A stretch of 62,730 bases of DNA, the filler included, from Aduncisulcus paluster (taxonomy: Eukaryota), in the NCBI GenBank assembly GCA_024181965.1. It is 9 parts of 9 records of this genome, joined end to end, with 100 filler letters (N's around TTAATTAATTAA, not from the genome) between each part and the next. Parts side by side here need not be neighbours in the genome. Positions count along the whole stretch, not along the records: positions 19,505 to 23,957 come from BQXS01011305.1; positions 24,058 to 36,094 come from BQXS01011306.1; 7 more parts are not named here. One strand, given 5' to 3'. Within the stretch, counting starts at the first letter, position 1, and each line of letters starts with the position of its first letter. The translations under genes were made by a program, and so were the position numbers. Below, one piece after another: positions 19,505-33,189 of the stretch. Under the pieces are notes generated by a model. It searched no databases and was not told the origin of the DNA. It saw only the letters and a list, made by a program, of their open reading frames with translations.

Positions 19505-21510
19505 ACATCCATGTGAATATAATACTGAATCCCAATGATGATATGCGACAGACGGGCTCGAATGCATCCGATGGCCCTGAAGATATCAGAAACCTCGGCT
19601 TTGACTCGTTTGGGAAGGAAGTATAGAGCTCTCCGGGCAGATGTGTTCAGCACCCAGACAGTTGTCAGTCGTTTCTCGGCCTTTCGTATCGTCCACATAA
19701 ATCTGAACATCTCTCCATACGTGTCCATGCATGTTGGAGTGAGAATAACAGAACTGGGAAGATCTGACACTGAGTAAGCAAGAGTAAAAGACGCCACGGA
19801 AGAAGAGGGAGAGGAAGAGGAAGAGGAAGAGGAAGAGGAAGAGGAGAAAGGGGTAGAAGACTCGACTTCTTGCTCTTTCGGTCCAGCCAGTCCTAGGTAT
19901 ATAATGTTAGAGCATAACGATTGAAGGAAGTCACGAGAACTATCAACCTGGAACTTCACATCAACACGAGAAGTCAACGGACGGCCCCAATGAGACAAAG
20001 AGCTTTTCTCAATGGCTTCACTCACGAGGAATGAGGAAAGACGTCTCTTCTGGGATATACAATCGAATAAATATGAGACGAAATCGCCACTTCCGAGGAG
20101 CATGACTTGTCTCACAAGCATCATATGATCCATGAGTTTATCATCCTTCCTGAGGAACAGTAGTGCATCTTTGTTCACACGTTGTGCGATATCATTCACA
20201 AAGCCTATCAAAGCATCTGACACTGTCTCCAATGAGGTCTCTTCCTTGGATTCTGATCCCTCGTGTCTTGATCGAGAACTGGAGACACTATCCCGAGAAG
20301 GGGATGAAGTTATAGTTGTTATTCCGACCATAATTTTATCCAAGGACTCGCCTGTCTCATCATAGGGCGTGTACGATGGGTTGGTTTGCTTCAATAAACA
20401 CACAGTCTTGCCACATTGAAGGATCTGCATGATAAGAGAACGGGGCAGGAAGACAGGAATCTGATCAGCACGAAGAGAGAAGACTTTCCACAATTCAAAC
20501 GCAGTACAAAGGGAAATATCACGAACTGGAACGCCCCCTGTGCGTTGCTTGCGAGGAATCTCACATTCGATAAAAAACTCAGAGTGACTATCATCAACGG
20601 AACCCTCACGACAAAACTCAACAATAGAACGAAATAGTGGACAAAATGCTTCCTTGAAAACGGATGTGGATATCTTCCCCATGAATCGATCAGCGTTGGA
20701 AGTGAACGTGTGAAGTCGATTCAGAATAGAAACTCCATGGAGCTCTTTGATTGAATGCATTATTGAATGAATGCATTTGATTGAACGCATTTTTAATTTG
20801 CTCCATAGAAATAAAGCTTCTAAAGAGAGTGGGGAAGTACCTTGAAGCAAAGATTCAAGTTCTTGGCGTTTCTCCCCACGAGCTCTATGAATTACTCTCC
20901 CTTCAACAATTTCTGCCCGCGAAAGTTTAATTCCATTGGAAACTTTCTCTTGAAATTCGTCGAGCCGCTCATCTTCTTTTTCCATCGCTCGATTCAATTC
21001 CATTATTCTCTTTTTTTTCGAAATAACTTGTTTGGCACGCCAACGATGTCTCGAAACAGAAATATCAAATGCATTTATATGTAATTTAAGGGAAGACGTT
21101 AGAGAACATAAGGTTCTGCTGGGGATATAGGAAGGTTTAGATATGGTAGTAGAACGTCTTGGTATTGAAGTAATTGGATCAAGGGATTCTATTTCTTTTT
21201 TAATATCGTGAACAAGAGCGGCTAAAGAAAGAATCTCTTTAGCCATTTGATACTGTGATCTAGATATTTCTGATTCATCATATTTGGGTGGAATATCACC
21301 CTCAAGAGCCTTTAGCAATTCATTGATTAATTCATTTAATGTTACAGAAATGGGAAATAAAGATTGATATTTTGATTTTGGTTTGTATCTAGGTGCAAGT
21401 ATTGGATCTGGCGATATTTTTAGTGAAGGTGATTCAGGTGTAATTTTACAATCGTGCGATGTAATATTATCGCCGATTTTCTGGTCGTAAAATATAAAAT
21501 CGATAGCCAT
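19505..21510 (-). CDS. TUBGCP3: Gamma-tubulin complex component (GCP3/Spc98-like), 3'-partial
   Basis: GRIP motifs IPVFLPRSLIMQILQCGKTVCLLK, LLGSGDF and YGEMFRFMWTIRKAE. Confidence 0.75.
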
Positions 21511-21893
21511 GAGCCAAAACAGGCCGATCGAAATTAACAAACTGAATAGCTATTATTCACATTATATTTTTGCACATTTATTATGAATAATGTTTATAAT
21601 GTAATAATAAGTTATATTTACAGAAAATATATGAAAGAATGTGAAAATCCGCCAACTTGGGTGTGCGTGCCCGTACTAATAAATGCACTTTACCAACAAC
21701 GCTTGTGAGTTTACAATTTCAGGAATTTGTCCTCTTGGAATTTGCGGGTCTGTCAGAATTTTCTCCACCTCCATTTCTGGATTCCAACTTGAAAAACAAA
21801 AATCGTGCTTTTGGCCAAGTTTATGCACATATTTTGCATTTCATTTCATTAAATCACAATATTTATAAGAGACTCAAAACCAAATAGCCCCAA

Positions 21894-22931
21894 ATGTTAA
21901 GCATTCCATTCGATCCTAAACAGATTAGAATCGATAGGATGCAATCTGTCGCATCAGCAGAGCACAAGGCCGCCATATCATGTGGCCCGCATTTAAAGGA
22001 CAAACTAATAACGATTAGAAGAGAAGCATCCCGACACCGTGGCGAGTACACGATGAAAGTCAGAAAGATGATTGAGCAACGCGAGCATGCACAAAGACAT
22101 GCAAAGAAAAAGAGAGAGCTTGAGAGCGACCTTCGTGATAGTAATTCACAGCAACAACATGCACTTGCTTGTGAACTTGAGGTTGCAAGCGAGGAGTATT
22201 ATAGAACGCTTCGAATGCTTCATACCAAGTCACTTGCCGAGTCGTCGAGCGTTTCGGATAGACATGGCTCTAAAGTTGGTACTTCGTCTCATCCTGTTTA
22301 TAACACGAGACATGAAGCTAGTGAGGTTTCTGTGGATGCAGACATTCATCTTCACGCTGATCTTGGTGATGTTGATGATCATCGTGAAGATGATGTCCAT
22401 GATGATGTCGTCCCCGGTGACCAATCCATCGTTCATCATTCTGTTGTTGATTCAACACATATTCCGAATGTCATCCATACATTACCTCCACAGAAACATC
22501 GATTACATGCTCATCACTATCACCATCATCATCAGCATCATCAGCATCATTCCAAGACAAAGGACCGTGGGCAAGGGTCATGCAAATCGATGAAAGAGAC
22601 ACACCAACGGCCACGGCAGAAGCAAACTGTGAGTGAATCGCATATCCCCAGTGCATGGGAGAGGAAGGTGAGTGCTGCATGCGCATATCCACCATGCCAT
22701 CTCGAAGAGTCATGTCTCTCTGATCTATCGGATCGTCATCGCTCTCATGGTCATAGCTCTACTGCTACTGCCACACACGAAGTTGGTGTCATTACAACCG
22801 ACCCAAAGCATGCCACGAATAATACACCCACGGCTGCTCGGATTATTGACACATCTCGGGAATATGAAACTCATTCACGGTCCACAGATGAGCTTGATTC
22901 ACTCCTCCGTTTCATCTCCTTGCAGCCATGA
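21894..22931 (+). CDS. Hypothetical protein: N-terminal coiled coil, His-rich disordered tail
   Basis: 345-aa ATG-initiated ORF with coding-like composition. Confidence 0.65.
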   Translation: MLSIPFDPKQIRIDRMQSVASAEHKAAISCGPHLKDKLITIRREASRHRGEYTMKVRKMIEQREHAQRHAKKKRELESDLRDSNSQQQHALACELEVASEEYYRTLRMLHTKSLAESSSVSDRHGSKVGTSSHPVYNTRHEASEVSVDADIHLHADLGDVDDHREDDVHDDVVPGDQSIVHHSVVDSTHIPNVIHTLPPQKHRLHAHHYHHHHQHHQHHSKTKDRGQGSCKSMKETHQRPRQKQTVSESHIPSAWERKVSAACAYPPCHLEESCLSDLSDRHRSHGHSSTATATHEVGVITTDPKHATNNTPTAARIIDTSREYETHSRSTDELDSLLRFISLQP

Positions 22932-23380
22932 ACTTACTTCACTATGAATGGTGTGTATGTGTGTATGTATATGTGTATGTATATTTATATGTATATCAAG
23001 ATTCATCGCTTCAATCCATTCATAATTGAATCCACGTGATTTCCATCCATCCACACGTCAATAATACCCTCATCTTTTTGAATCTCTGTATATTATCTTA
23101 TTCGTGTGTTATAATGACTATTCCTCGGTTGTTTATTGCTGAGCATCACTCTCTGCATGCTGTTAGTTCATCAAATCATCATTGAGGGTGTATGTTTTCA
23201 ACAACCGAGAAAAAAATGGATAATCAAGGCATTTCTATATGTTGTCACGTAGATTTTACGATTTTTAATCGCCATAATAAACCCACGCTCGCTCTAAATT
23301 CAATCCTTGGCATTTGGCCGCCATAGGATCTTCGTGCTGAATCATCTCGATATATTCTCACAGATCATCATTCCAAAATA

Positions 23381-23957
23381 ATGAATATCGGACTTTTTGT
23401 CTCCTATATTATTGTTATGGGTGCCATGTCACTTTTTGCTCTTATTCGATTGATTCGAGTCATTTACACGATAAAACGAGAGTCCTCGAGGAAATCCCAT
23501 TTTTCGGATATCTTTTTTATGCCTTTTCTGGGGATTAGCTTCTGTATAAGCGCCTTTTCATTATTCTTCAATCAAAGTTACTATATTGTATCATATCCCT
23601 CTCTTCCACCCTTTTATATTTCCATATTTTACGATGTTTTTGGCTTGGGGTGGTTCCAAGCTGCGTGTCTTTCGCGTTCGCTGTGGATCCTACATGTTAT
23701 CCGAAACTCACGGAAGAACACCGCCTTTAATGATACTTCTGTTCGAAATCCGCCAAAACCCTCTCCCAAGAGCAGTGTATCGTCGTGTTCCGATGCAGCT
23801 GTTGCATTACATGCCGTTCGTGAAAGTGTTCCAAGTATCCCTTCTGCTTCCAATGCCATAGCCCTGCAAGACGTCGAGTGTGGTGAATATGGCGAATGTG
23901 ATCCCTCACGTTCCTCCTCGAGAAGTTGTTCATGCTCTCCAAGGGAAGGAGACGACG
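23381..23957 (+). CDS. Multi-pass membrane protein, 3'-partial
   Basis: Three hydrophobic helices followed by an S-rich loop; cut by the linker. Confidence 0.6.
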
Positions 23958-24057
23958 NNNNNNNNNNNNNNNNNNNNNNNNNNNNNNNNNNNNNNNNNNN
24001 NTTAATTAATTAANNNNNNNNNNNNNNNNNNNNNNNNNNNNNNNNNNNNNNNNNNNN

Positions 24058-25176
24058 CTTAGAGTTTTATTTTCCTTTGTGTGATAAAGGTTTTCTCTGA
24101 GACAGTGAAATACCGTGGTGAATGAGGTGTTTTCTCCCAGTGTGTCGGGTTTTCATGTCATTCGTGTGGCGACTTACAAGTGATAGTCGTGAACATTGGA
24201 AGTTTGTTCCCTGAACCCAGGTTTTATTCCAATGGTGTGCCGTTTCCCCAGGTTGTGGCCTGATGGAAACACAATATCCAAGTGTATGAAGAATCTAACC
24301 CATTTTGATCAGGATACAAAGTGATAAGTGATCATGTGTCGAGATTCCCTGTGTAGTGTAATGTTTATTTGGTATAGCTGTGTGTAATAGTGTCTAGTTT
24401 CTGATGGTTCGTGTGAGTGCTTGCAGGCAACCCCTCAGAAAGTAAGGGGTGAGTGTGGTGACCATCTTGTTTTCGTGAATCTCTAACATATTATTATTTA
24501 TTATTTTGTTTTATTAATATTATTTCTATTTTATTATTATTTATATTCTTAATTTATTATATTTATTATGTTCCAACTTAGTCAATATTCTATTTTTAGA
24601 TAATCTTGATTCTTCGTATAACTCAGTAAATTGTCTTCAAGCTTAGATTAAATTCCTTTCGGAAGCCTACTTGATACCACAGCAAGACCTCAAAAAAAGC
24701 CCTGCTCGCGCTCGTGCTCGCGATTCTCGCTCACCCGGCGCTCGCTGGCTTCCTTCGTCAAAGAAGCCTTCCCAGCCCAACACAAATATTATAGTAATAG
24801 CACTCAAAAATTGGAAGAATGTGGACCAAAAGTGGACCAAGAAATTGGTCCGGATATATGAACCAAAATATAATCATGTTTTGATCCGAGATCAAATATG
24901 GACCATTTTGAAGTTTTGATCAATATTGGAACAAATATGATCAATGAAATGGGATCAAATTTAATCCATATTTACTTGAAGATCAGAATTGGATCAAATT
25001 TGGATCTGAGAAAATGCTCCACAAATGATCTTGGACCATTTTCAGACCAAAGTGCGCGACCATGTAGCAGCATTAAAAGCGGCAGGCGAAACCAGACTGA
25101 ACAGTTTCCTCAGGGCAGGACATGAATTCATCACTAGAAAGCACCTTTTCGAACAAGAATTCACGGTACCACCACA
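24058..25176 (+). mobile_element. 3' end of a different LTR retrotransposon: hairpin-rich 3' region, PPT and 723-bp LTR (24454-25176)
   Basis: Purine-rich tract AGAAAGTAAGGGGTGAG (24437-24453) immediately before TGTGGTG, with matching inverted terminus CACCACA at 25170-25176. The LTR interior has recurrent GGACCA/GATCA motifs. Confidence 0.7.
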
Positions 25177-25274
25177 ATAATATCAGTGATGGGACCTGTA
25201 TTGACGGATATCTCGGGATAGTGACAACTTCATCTTCAAATCTAGCCAGCAAATATCTCGTGTCTCAATAAATT

Positions 25275-28200
25275 TTACTGGTCTATATTAAGATCTGTCG
25301 TTCTACCTTTTCTAAAAGTTATTCTTCCAAAGTGTTCTCTTCCTCCGATCTTGTACAGGGCCTGATCTCTGTGGATTCGCTTGTTTTTAACAAACTTTAT
25401 CCGATTCTCAGATATCCATTGTATATCTCTTTGGATATGTTGTTTGAGAACTCTTTCATGATCACCTCGATCATCGAGCCATTTGAGAAGTTGCCCAAGT
25501 TTCTCAGAATCTATAAATACTCTCCATTCTTTTGGAACTAGTGGGGGCATTGTTTTATCCCTTTTCAACCCTGCGCTGGTGATATCCTGCAAGTTAGAGG
25601 AAGAAGAGGAAGAAGAGGAAGGAAGAGGAAGAGAAGGAGGAGCCTCTTTCTCTTCTTTCACATCTTCTGCTTTCTCTTGTTCCTCATGATGTTCACAGCG
25701 GCAATATAATCGGCTGCATTCATCACCTCGAAGTAAAACATATTGGTTAGCAAACCGATCTTTTCCCAATTCAATAACTCCACAAGTTCTTTCCATCATG
25801 GCATGCTCGACATCATGGATTTTAGCCTTTACAGTGGCTTTCGCTTCATCTCCTTTTTGTTTAACAAATCTATCAAATCTCGTTTTAACATCCAGCTTAT
25901 TCAGATCAAGAGAAATGTCATGATGTTGATTAATGACAGAAATCAGTGTGAAGAAATTTAATGGGGGATCCGCAGAAAGCGGAAGAGGAAGAAGAGGAGG
26001 AGGAAGAAGAGGAAGAGGAAGAGATGACTGGTCGTTTTCTTCCTTTTTCTTCTCTTCTTTTCCTTTCTCATTTTCTTCTCTTTGTCTCTTCTTTCTTTCC
26101 TTCTCGAATAATTTCACAAATGTTTGATATAATGAAATATCATTCAATTTGCATCTTCTTCTCTTTCTTTTCCTTTCTGTTTCAGTAATAGAAATAAGAA
26201 GAGAATAACCGTCTAAACAAAGGTCAGATTCAAGTTTTTCAATTTTCTTTTCAAAATGAACAATCTTTTTTTGCATTTTTTCACGAAGTTTTTCCTTGTT
26301 TAATTTAACTTCTTCCATCGCATTTTTAGCTGCCTTTTTGATAGATTTGTTAAGCTGAGTTCGATTACGTTTTAGCATTGTAATTTCAGACTCCATTGTT
26401 GCACATTCATTGGCTATAATTTCACAGGAACAAATCGTGGAAACCAAATAGTCAAGAAAAGTCAAACGGAATGGAGTGGGAGTTACTAAAAATGGCATCG
26501 GAATACGCAAAACTTGTCCAATTATCCCAAAATTATTTTTAATTCTACTACTATGGTGGTGTGGAATAATATTATGAATTTTGTACATATTAAAACCAAC
26601 CATGGAGCGATAAATGTCTGGTATAAGGAATTCCACAGATTGTGGATGACGGTCTTGAAGACCTTCAAGAAGATAAGGAAAATCTATAAGACCAGAGAGA
26701 ATGAGTTCAATTTGTTCGATGTAAGAAATTATTTTTTCTCCCGGATTCATTAATTTAGGACTTGTTAACGAATAACACAATGTTCTAATTGCATTTCTTT
26801 GTTCAATTTCATTAAGGGTAGGATTCTTAGAAAAGTTAGAGCGAAATATAGACAAATCGTATTGATTTTCTTTCTCTTCTTCTTCCTCCTCTTCTTCTTT
26901 CTTCATCACATCTTTTGTTTCCTCTTCCTCCTTTTCTTCCTCTTTCTCTTCTTCATCTTCCTCTTCTTCTTCCTCTTCTTCTTCTTCCCTTCTTCTTCTT
27001 CTTCACTCTGAACAACTATTTCTAAAAATAGACTCAATTCAGGAGCAAGAGATCTAATAATAGCTCTAGGAATCTGAGTAATCATAATCCATTGAGATTT
27101 AAGCTGATAATACTCATCGGTATCATTAAAACGAGAGAGAGGAAAGATAGAGAGAATATAGACAAAAAGTTGGAAAATCCATAAAGAATCGGCACATTTG
27201 GGAAGCCCTAAAAAGTCAGAAATAGAGAGAGAAGAAGAGGAAGAACAAGAAATTTCTTTCCATAAAGTTTCAAATTGAGAAACAAGAGGAATGTTTCTAT
27301 TTTTAGATCCTTCTTGAGAAGGTTCAATAATAGTCGAATTATTTTCCTCCTTTTCTTCTCGTTCTTTTCCTTTTATGTTCTTATTAACTCCTATATTTGG
27401 ATAATTCCTCTTCTTTCCTTTCTCTTCTTTCTCAGGTTGGTCTATTTTGGGAGCATTGATTAAAATGGGACCAGAAATCCAGGAATCAAGAGTTTGCTGA
27501 TCTGAGGAATTGTATTTCTTTTCCTTTCCATTGGAAACAATACATTTCCTTACCTTTCTTGCTCTTTTTGAGCACACCATTTCCTCTTCCTCTTCCTCTT
27601 CCTCTTCCTCTTCTTCTGCTTCTTCTTCTCTTTCTTCTTCTCTTTCTTCTTCTTGCATACGAATTGATCCTTGTTCAAGAGCTTCTTCTTCCTCTTCTTC
27701 TCTTTCTTCTTCTTCCTCCTCTTCCTCTTCTTCTTTCCATTCTTCTTCCTCTTCTTCCTCTTCTTGAATCCATTGAATAGTTCTTAAACTTCTTCGCCTT
27801 CTTCCTTTTTCCTTTTGTTCTTTTTCTTTGGCTTTTCTAGCTTCTTGGAATGCATAATAAGATGTTAACGATTGAATTTCACAAGCTCTATCAGCTTCAA
27901 GATAACAACATTGAACACACCGTTTGATTCGTTTGCCATAAGAAACCCAATCGATCTCTTCCATCCAAATCTCAGCTTCTTTCTCAGCTTTTGTCTCAGC
28001 TTTTGTCTCAGCTTCTTTCTCAGTTTGGTCTATTTTGGGATCATTGATTTGCTCTTTCGCTTTTTCCTCGAGTTCTGGGTCTTCTTCCTTCTCTTTTTCT
28101 TCTTCTTCTTCAAGAGTAGCCAATTTCTCTTTTCTCCAAGATTCTTTCAAACGAGTTCCAAAATTAGAATGGGTGAGAAACAAATCAACAGTTAGACGGG

Positions 28201-31200
28201 CAAATAAGGAATACAAAAACGGAGAACAAGAAGAAGCCAAAAGTTGATTATGAAATTGAAACAAAGGTTTTGGAAGAAGAGGAAGAAGCTTAGGAGCAAC
28301 AGTTTTCTCTTCGGAGTCTTCTTTCACTTCCTCAGTAAAATGTCTAAAAATAGGATGTCTATTTTTAGATATTAACTCCGAACAACAGCAGGTATCTTCT
28401 TTCTTCTCTCCTTCTTCTTCTTTCTCTCCTTCTTCTTCTTTCTCAAGTCCAAGAATAGTTTCATCTAAATTCTTATGAGTGCTTGTGCCTGTGCAAGGAA
28501 GTAATATGCAAGAAGGAATCAACAAAGCATCTAGGAGACATTCAAGAGAAAACTTTGAAACGGAAAGAATTTTGCCAAATACAGAAATAAACTCAAAATT
28601 ACTAATTAATTTGTCAATATCATCATGTGATATCTTTTTAACACAATAAATATCTTCATTTTTATAACCAATATTTCCATCTTCGCCACAAATACGATAT
28701 AAATCAGGATTTAAAGCAGGATTTAAATCAGGATATAAATCAGGATTTAAATTATTCTTATTATTCTTATTATTATTACTAGAACAAAATAAAGAAATCC
28801 ATCGCTTAGAAAACTTTAATTGCTTGGTAAAAGTTCCAAAGTTGGAAATATCAGTATATTGTCTAAAAATAGAATTGAGATATTTATAAAATTGAACCTC
28901 AATGTTCCAAAAATAGTTTTCTCGTTCTTTCTCAAAATAAGCGACGGGAACTGATCCACATTCCATCCAACTTTTTACACAATTATTCCATGACCAAGCC
29001 CCACCAGTGAATAAAACTCGTTCAGAACATGGGAATCTAAGGGTTTCAACATCATATTGAATTACAGGAAGCAAAGGGAATGACTGGACAGATAATATCG
29101 TATTTTGGTTAAAAGAGGAGAGATCATATTGCTGAATAACATGTTGTTCTGGAAATTGTGAGTAAGAGTAGTCGTTAGTACTATATTTAGAAACATCTTG
29201 AGAAACAAGAGATGGTGGCGGAGGTACAGTCGAAACATCAGATATCTTTTCCATTCCTTCTTTTTCTTGTATTTCTTCTTTTTCTTGCTTTATGGAACCA
29301 AGTAAAATATTATTATTTTGACCAATATCAATGTAAAACCCAGTAGATGTTGAAGGAATAATGGGATTAAGAGCAGCAGAAGCATCTGCAGATCCACCAA
29401 TAAATCCTTCTTCTTGTTCTATTCTTGTTTTATCAACTCCACTTCCGAAACCGATACTTCTATTTTTAGATGATTTATCAGAGCTAACGAGTCCAACTCC
29501 TTTTTTCCTCATCTTTGGAAGAGATTGTTTTGCAATTATATCTTTGTTCTTTTTTTCAATGATGGTCATATTATTCCTTTCCTCTTCTTCTTCTTCCTCT
29601 TCTTCTTCGGCTTCAGAATTATCAACCAGACCGATTCCACTGTAGCGTCTGACTCTGAGCTCTTCTCTGGCCGAAAGAGAAAGACCAATCGTTCTCCCGC
29701 TTCGTGTGACACTTGTGATAGGTTTGCCATCAACAATAACTGCAGTTGAAATCACTGAAGCGGAAGAAGAAGCGGAAGAAGAAGAGAGAGAAGAAGCTGC
29801 TGAGAGTGTAATGTTTGTTCCAGATCCTCCATCAATCAAAGCTTTACCGCGTAGAAGAGAATTGATGTCATCTTCTTGCTTGTGAGTAAGTTCACGTCGA
29901 AGTCGCATTTGTTGCTGATGGAGCAAATGTTCACGGTGACGTTCCTCGATTCGAAGTTTCTCAGCTTCTAAATATAGAGTAAGTTCATGTTTATAGGGAG
30001 ATGAAGATACGTGAACATTTTGGGCTGCATCAACAGCTTTTGCAATAGACAGACACGAATGAGAAGAGAATAGAGAAGTTCCAAGAGAAAAAGAAGAACT
30101 TGATGCTTCACTAACTGTACTAAATTCCTTATTCGTTTCTTCTTTTCGTTCTGATTCATGTTTATCTTCAACTATTGTATTATTATGATTATTATTCAAA
30201 CTTGAGGAGGTTGTTGAGGTTGTTGTGGTTGTTGTAACATTATCTGTTCCAAATTTAGAAATATCTTGAGAAACTACTGTAGACGAGCTTGATAAAGAAG
30301 AAGAGGAAGTTGCTGTCTTTGAGGTTGTGTTCTTTGTTTTCTTCTCCTTACACCCAAACTCTTCTTGCATTTCCTGATCACACCAAAGAAGGAAATTAAT
30401 GTTATCTCGCTGCAAAATATTGGTCAACAAACCACTTATTAAAGCATATGAGTGTGATACACAACACCCATTGTGGATAGAAGAAGAGAGAGAAGAGAGA
30501 GAAGAGAGAGAAGAGGGAGAAGAGGGAGAAGAGGGAGAGGATATATTGTGAGACTGTGGATCATGGTAATGATGTTTCAAAGGAATAACTGAAGCTTGAG
30601 CCAGAGATTTCAGAGTTCCAATCTTTGGAGGAATATAAATGCGGCCGACAGAAAGAATAGGAACATCAATATAACATGAAGTTGATTGCTCTAGCTCAAG
30701 TTGAGAGAGTTTGAATCGTATTTCCTTCTCTTCTTTTATGTAATGCCTTCTCCGAGTAGAAGCAGAAGAAGCCTGAGAAATTGAAAGAAGAGCGAGTTGG
30801 TTTGACTCAATCGCTTCACTGAGTCGCAAAGACTCACTCAAATGTTCTAAAGCCATTTCAAAGGGTACCAATATAGTCGACATAGATTTTGATTTGGAAT
30901 TCTTTTCATTTTCTCCTTCTTTCACCTCTTCTTTTTCTTCTGGTCGTTGTTCTTCTGGTCGTTGTTCTTCTTGTTGGTGTTCTAAAAATAGAACATCTCT
31001 TGAGATTCTTCTATTAATAGTCTTTTCTCCAGTTTCTTTGGCATTTTGAAGTAACATTTCTTGCATAGATTGACTCCTAAGGGGCAAGATAATAGAAGAA
31101 CCATCTTTTAAAGTGAAAGAACAGGTTCCGTCTTTCGACAACGTTTCATTTCCATTGGTTTTCTTGTTTTTCCTTCCTTTTTTATACTTCTTCTTCTTCC

Positions 31201-32527
31201 TCCTCTTCCTCTTCTTCTTCTTTTCTCCTTCTCCTTCTTTCTCTTCCTCTTCCTCCTCTTCCTCTTCCTCTTCTTCCTCTTCTTCATTTTCTTCTTCCTC
31301 TTCCTCTTCTTCTTCTTCCTCTTCCTCAAAACTAATATAATTGACATTTCTTGTATGTGATCTGACCCTTTCTTCACTCTTTTCTGCGGTCACAGCTTCA
31401 CTCTCTTGTTTCTCAGGGAATCTAATTATAGAATCATCATTTTCTTCTTCTTTATCTCGTTCTATTCCATCTTTTTCACTGTTATTCATCATTGAAATTG
31501 TAGTAGGATCAGTATGTCGAGATGTCCTTCTCTTCCCATTGATTAAGGCTTCATCAGGCTTGATTAAGGCTTCATCAGGCTTGATTAAGGCTTCATCAGG
31601 CCCTAAGACAGAGGTATCATGGCCACAAATAGAGGCTATATCAGGGGGCTGACATATGATGTGATCTTCTTCTTTAAAAGATTGAGAAGAAGCTTGTATC
31701 TCTTTTTCTTTCCTATCTAAAGGATTTAAAGGGGTCTCAGAAAGGTCGAATGGAACTCCAATCGAACCAATATATTCAGGGACTTCTGACGTGTCTTCGG
31801 ATTGGATAGAAAGAGAATAAACTCTTGGAAAACTCATTTCAAAGGCTAAATCTTCCTTTTTGAGTTCAATTTTGTCGCATTTGAGTATTTGTGATAGTCT
31901 TTCAGAAGCTCTTTTATCCTCAGCCTCTTGGATCAAAATGGCATGTTCTTCTTTGATTTTACGCTCCAATTCCTCTTTTTCTTTATCTTTACCGACCAAT
32001 CGTACTCTAATTTTGACATCTTTAAGCATATTAACGTTATGTGACGATGAAAGGAAAGTAGAGGAAGAGAGAGAATGGGTAACATCGTCGTGAGGCACTA
32101 GACTCTCAGTACATACGATTGCTAACTTATATTCGACGGTTTTGTCAACGGAATTATAGAAAGAGACGAGAACATATTCGCCCGGAAGAAAACAAGTTGC
32201 AATACGACCATATGTGAGGCTTGCAACATCAGAAGGGGATGCAGCATGTTGTGCTGATGATAATAGTTCAGTTAAAAATAGATTAGGCGGGTAAATTGGA
32301 TTAGATAATTCATTTGATAATGCTTCCCCGAATGACACACCTTGGGATGTTTTCTTATCAAAAGCGGATTGAAATTGATTTAAAGAAAGAAAATACTGAC
32401 GTCTAATAAAGTTATCGTAACTGTCAAATATCTCTTTGGTCTCTGGGATAATCCAAAACTCTTTTCGAAGGTCAATCGAATGTGGAGGAAGAACACTTGG
32501 TATTGGTTTGCCTTGTAGCAATGGCAT
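25275..32527 (-). CDS. ACF1/BAZ1/Itc1-like ISWI accessory subunit (WAC, DDT, WHIM/WSD), split by one frameshift near 26988
   Basis: WAC: MPLL...IPETKEIFDSYDNFIRR...SFGEALSNE. DDT: LISNFEFISVFGKILSVSKFSLECLLDAL. WSD: LGKDRFANQY and WRVFIDSEKLGQLLKWLDDRGDHERVLK. The frame break lies inside a GAA/GAG poly-Glu repeat. Confidence 0.85.
31541..31600. repeat. 21-bp coding tandem repeat x3 (PDEALIK)
   Basis: GATTAAGGCTTCATCAGGC(TT) three times. Confidence 0.9.
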
Positions 32528-33189
32528 TTTTGATTTCCAATTTAACCAATCTAAATTCGCTACGTGGCAAAGAAAAAATGTATTTTTGCAAGCTTCAGCC
32601 GAAGTGATTGAACATGACTTCGAAAAGGTTAATTATTGATTTAATATGTTTTATTGATGGGTAAGATTTGCAACTTTAGTGAATAAAATGATAATGAAAT
32701 TAAATCAAATTTTGAAATAGAATACCACCCAGTGAAATTTTTGTTCACAAGAAAACACCACATATTTGAATTAAAATAACAATAAAATATATTTCTAAGG
32801 ATCTTTTTCATCTTCCTTTGTGGGATCACTATGCCCAGAAATCCTACTAAAAAACTGAATTGCGAATTCGATAACATCTTCGGGTTTCTCTACTAAAATA
32901 TCCGCCAAAAAGTCTGACATCAATTGTTGTAGTTCAGGATGTTCTTCTAAATATTTAATATGTTCTTCTTTTACCTCTTGCTATAACAATAAAGCAAATA
33001 TAAGACATTTATGTGAAAAAACAAAAATCATCAAACAAAATCATAACGCGCATTGAAATTATAACATACTTCTCTATCTTCAAGTCTTTTGGAGTAATCA
33101 ATATTCATTATGCTGTTTTAGTCAATTCAAACGGATTTTTCTCGCGTGTCCATACTAATAACTTGTTGATACTTAATTAATTGGATGCA

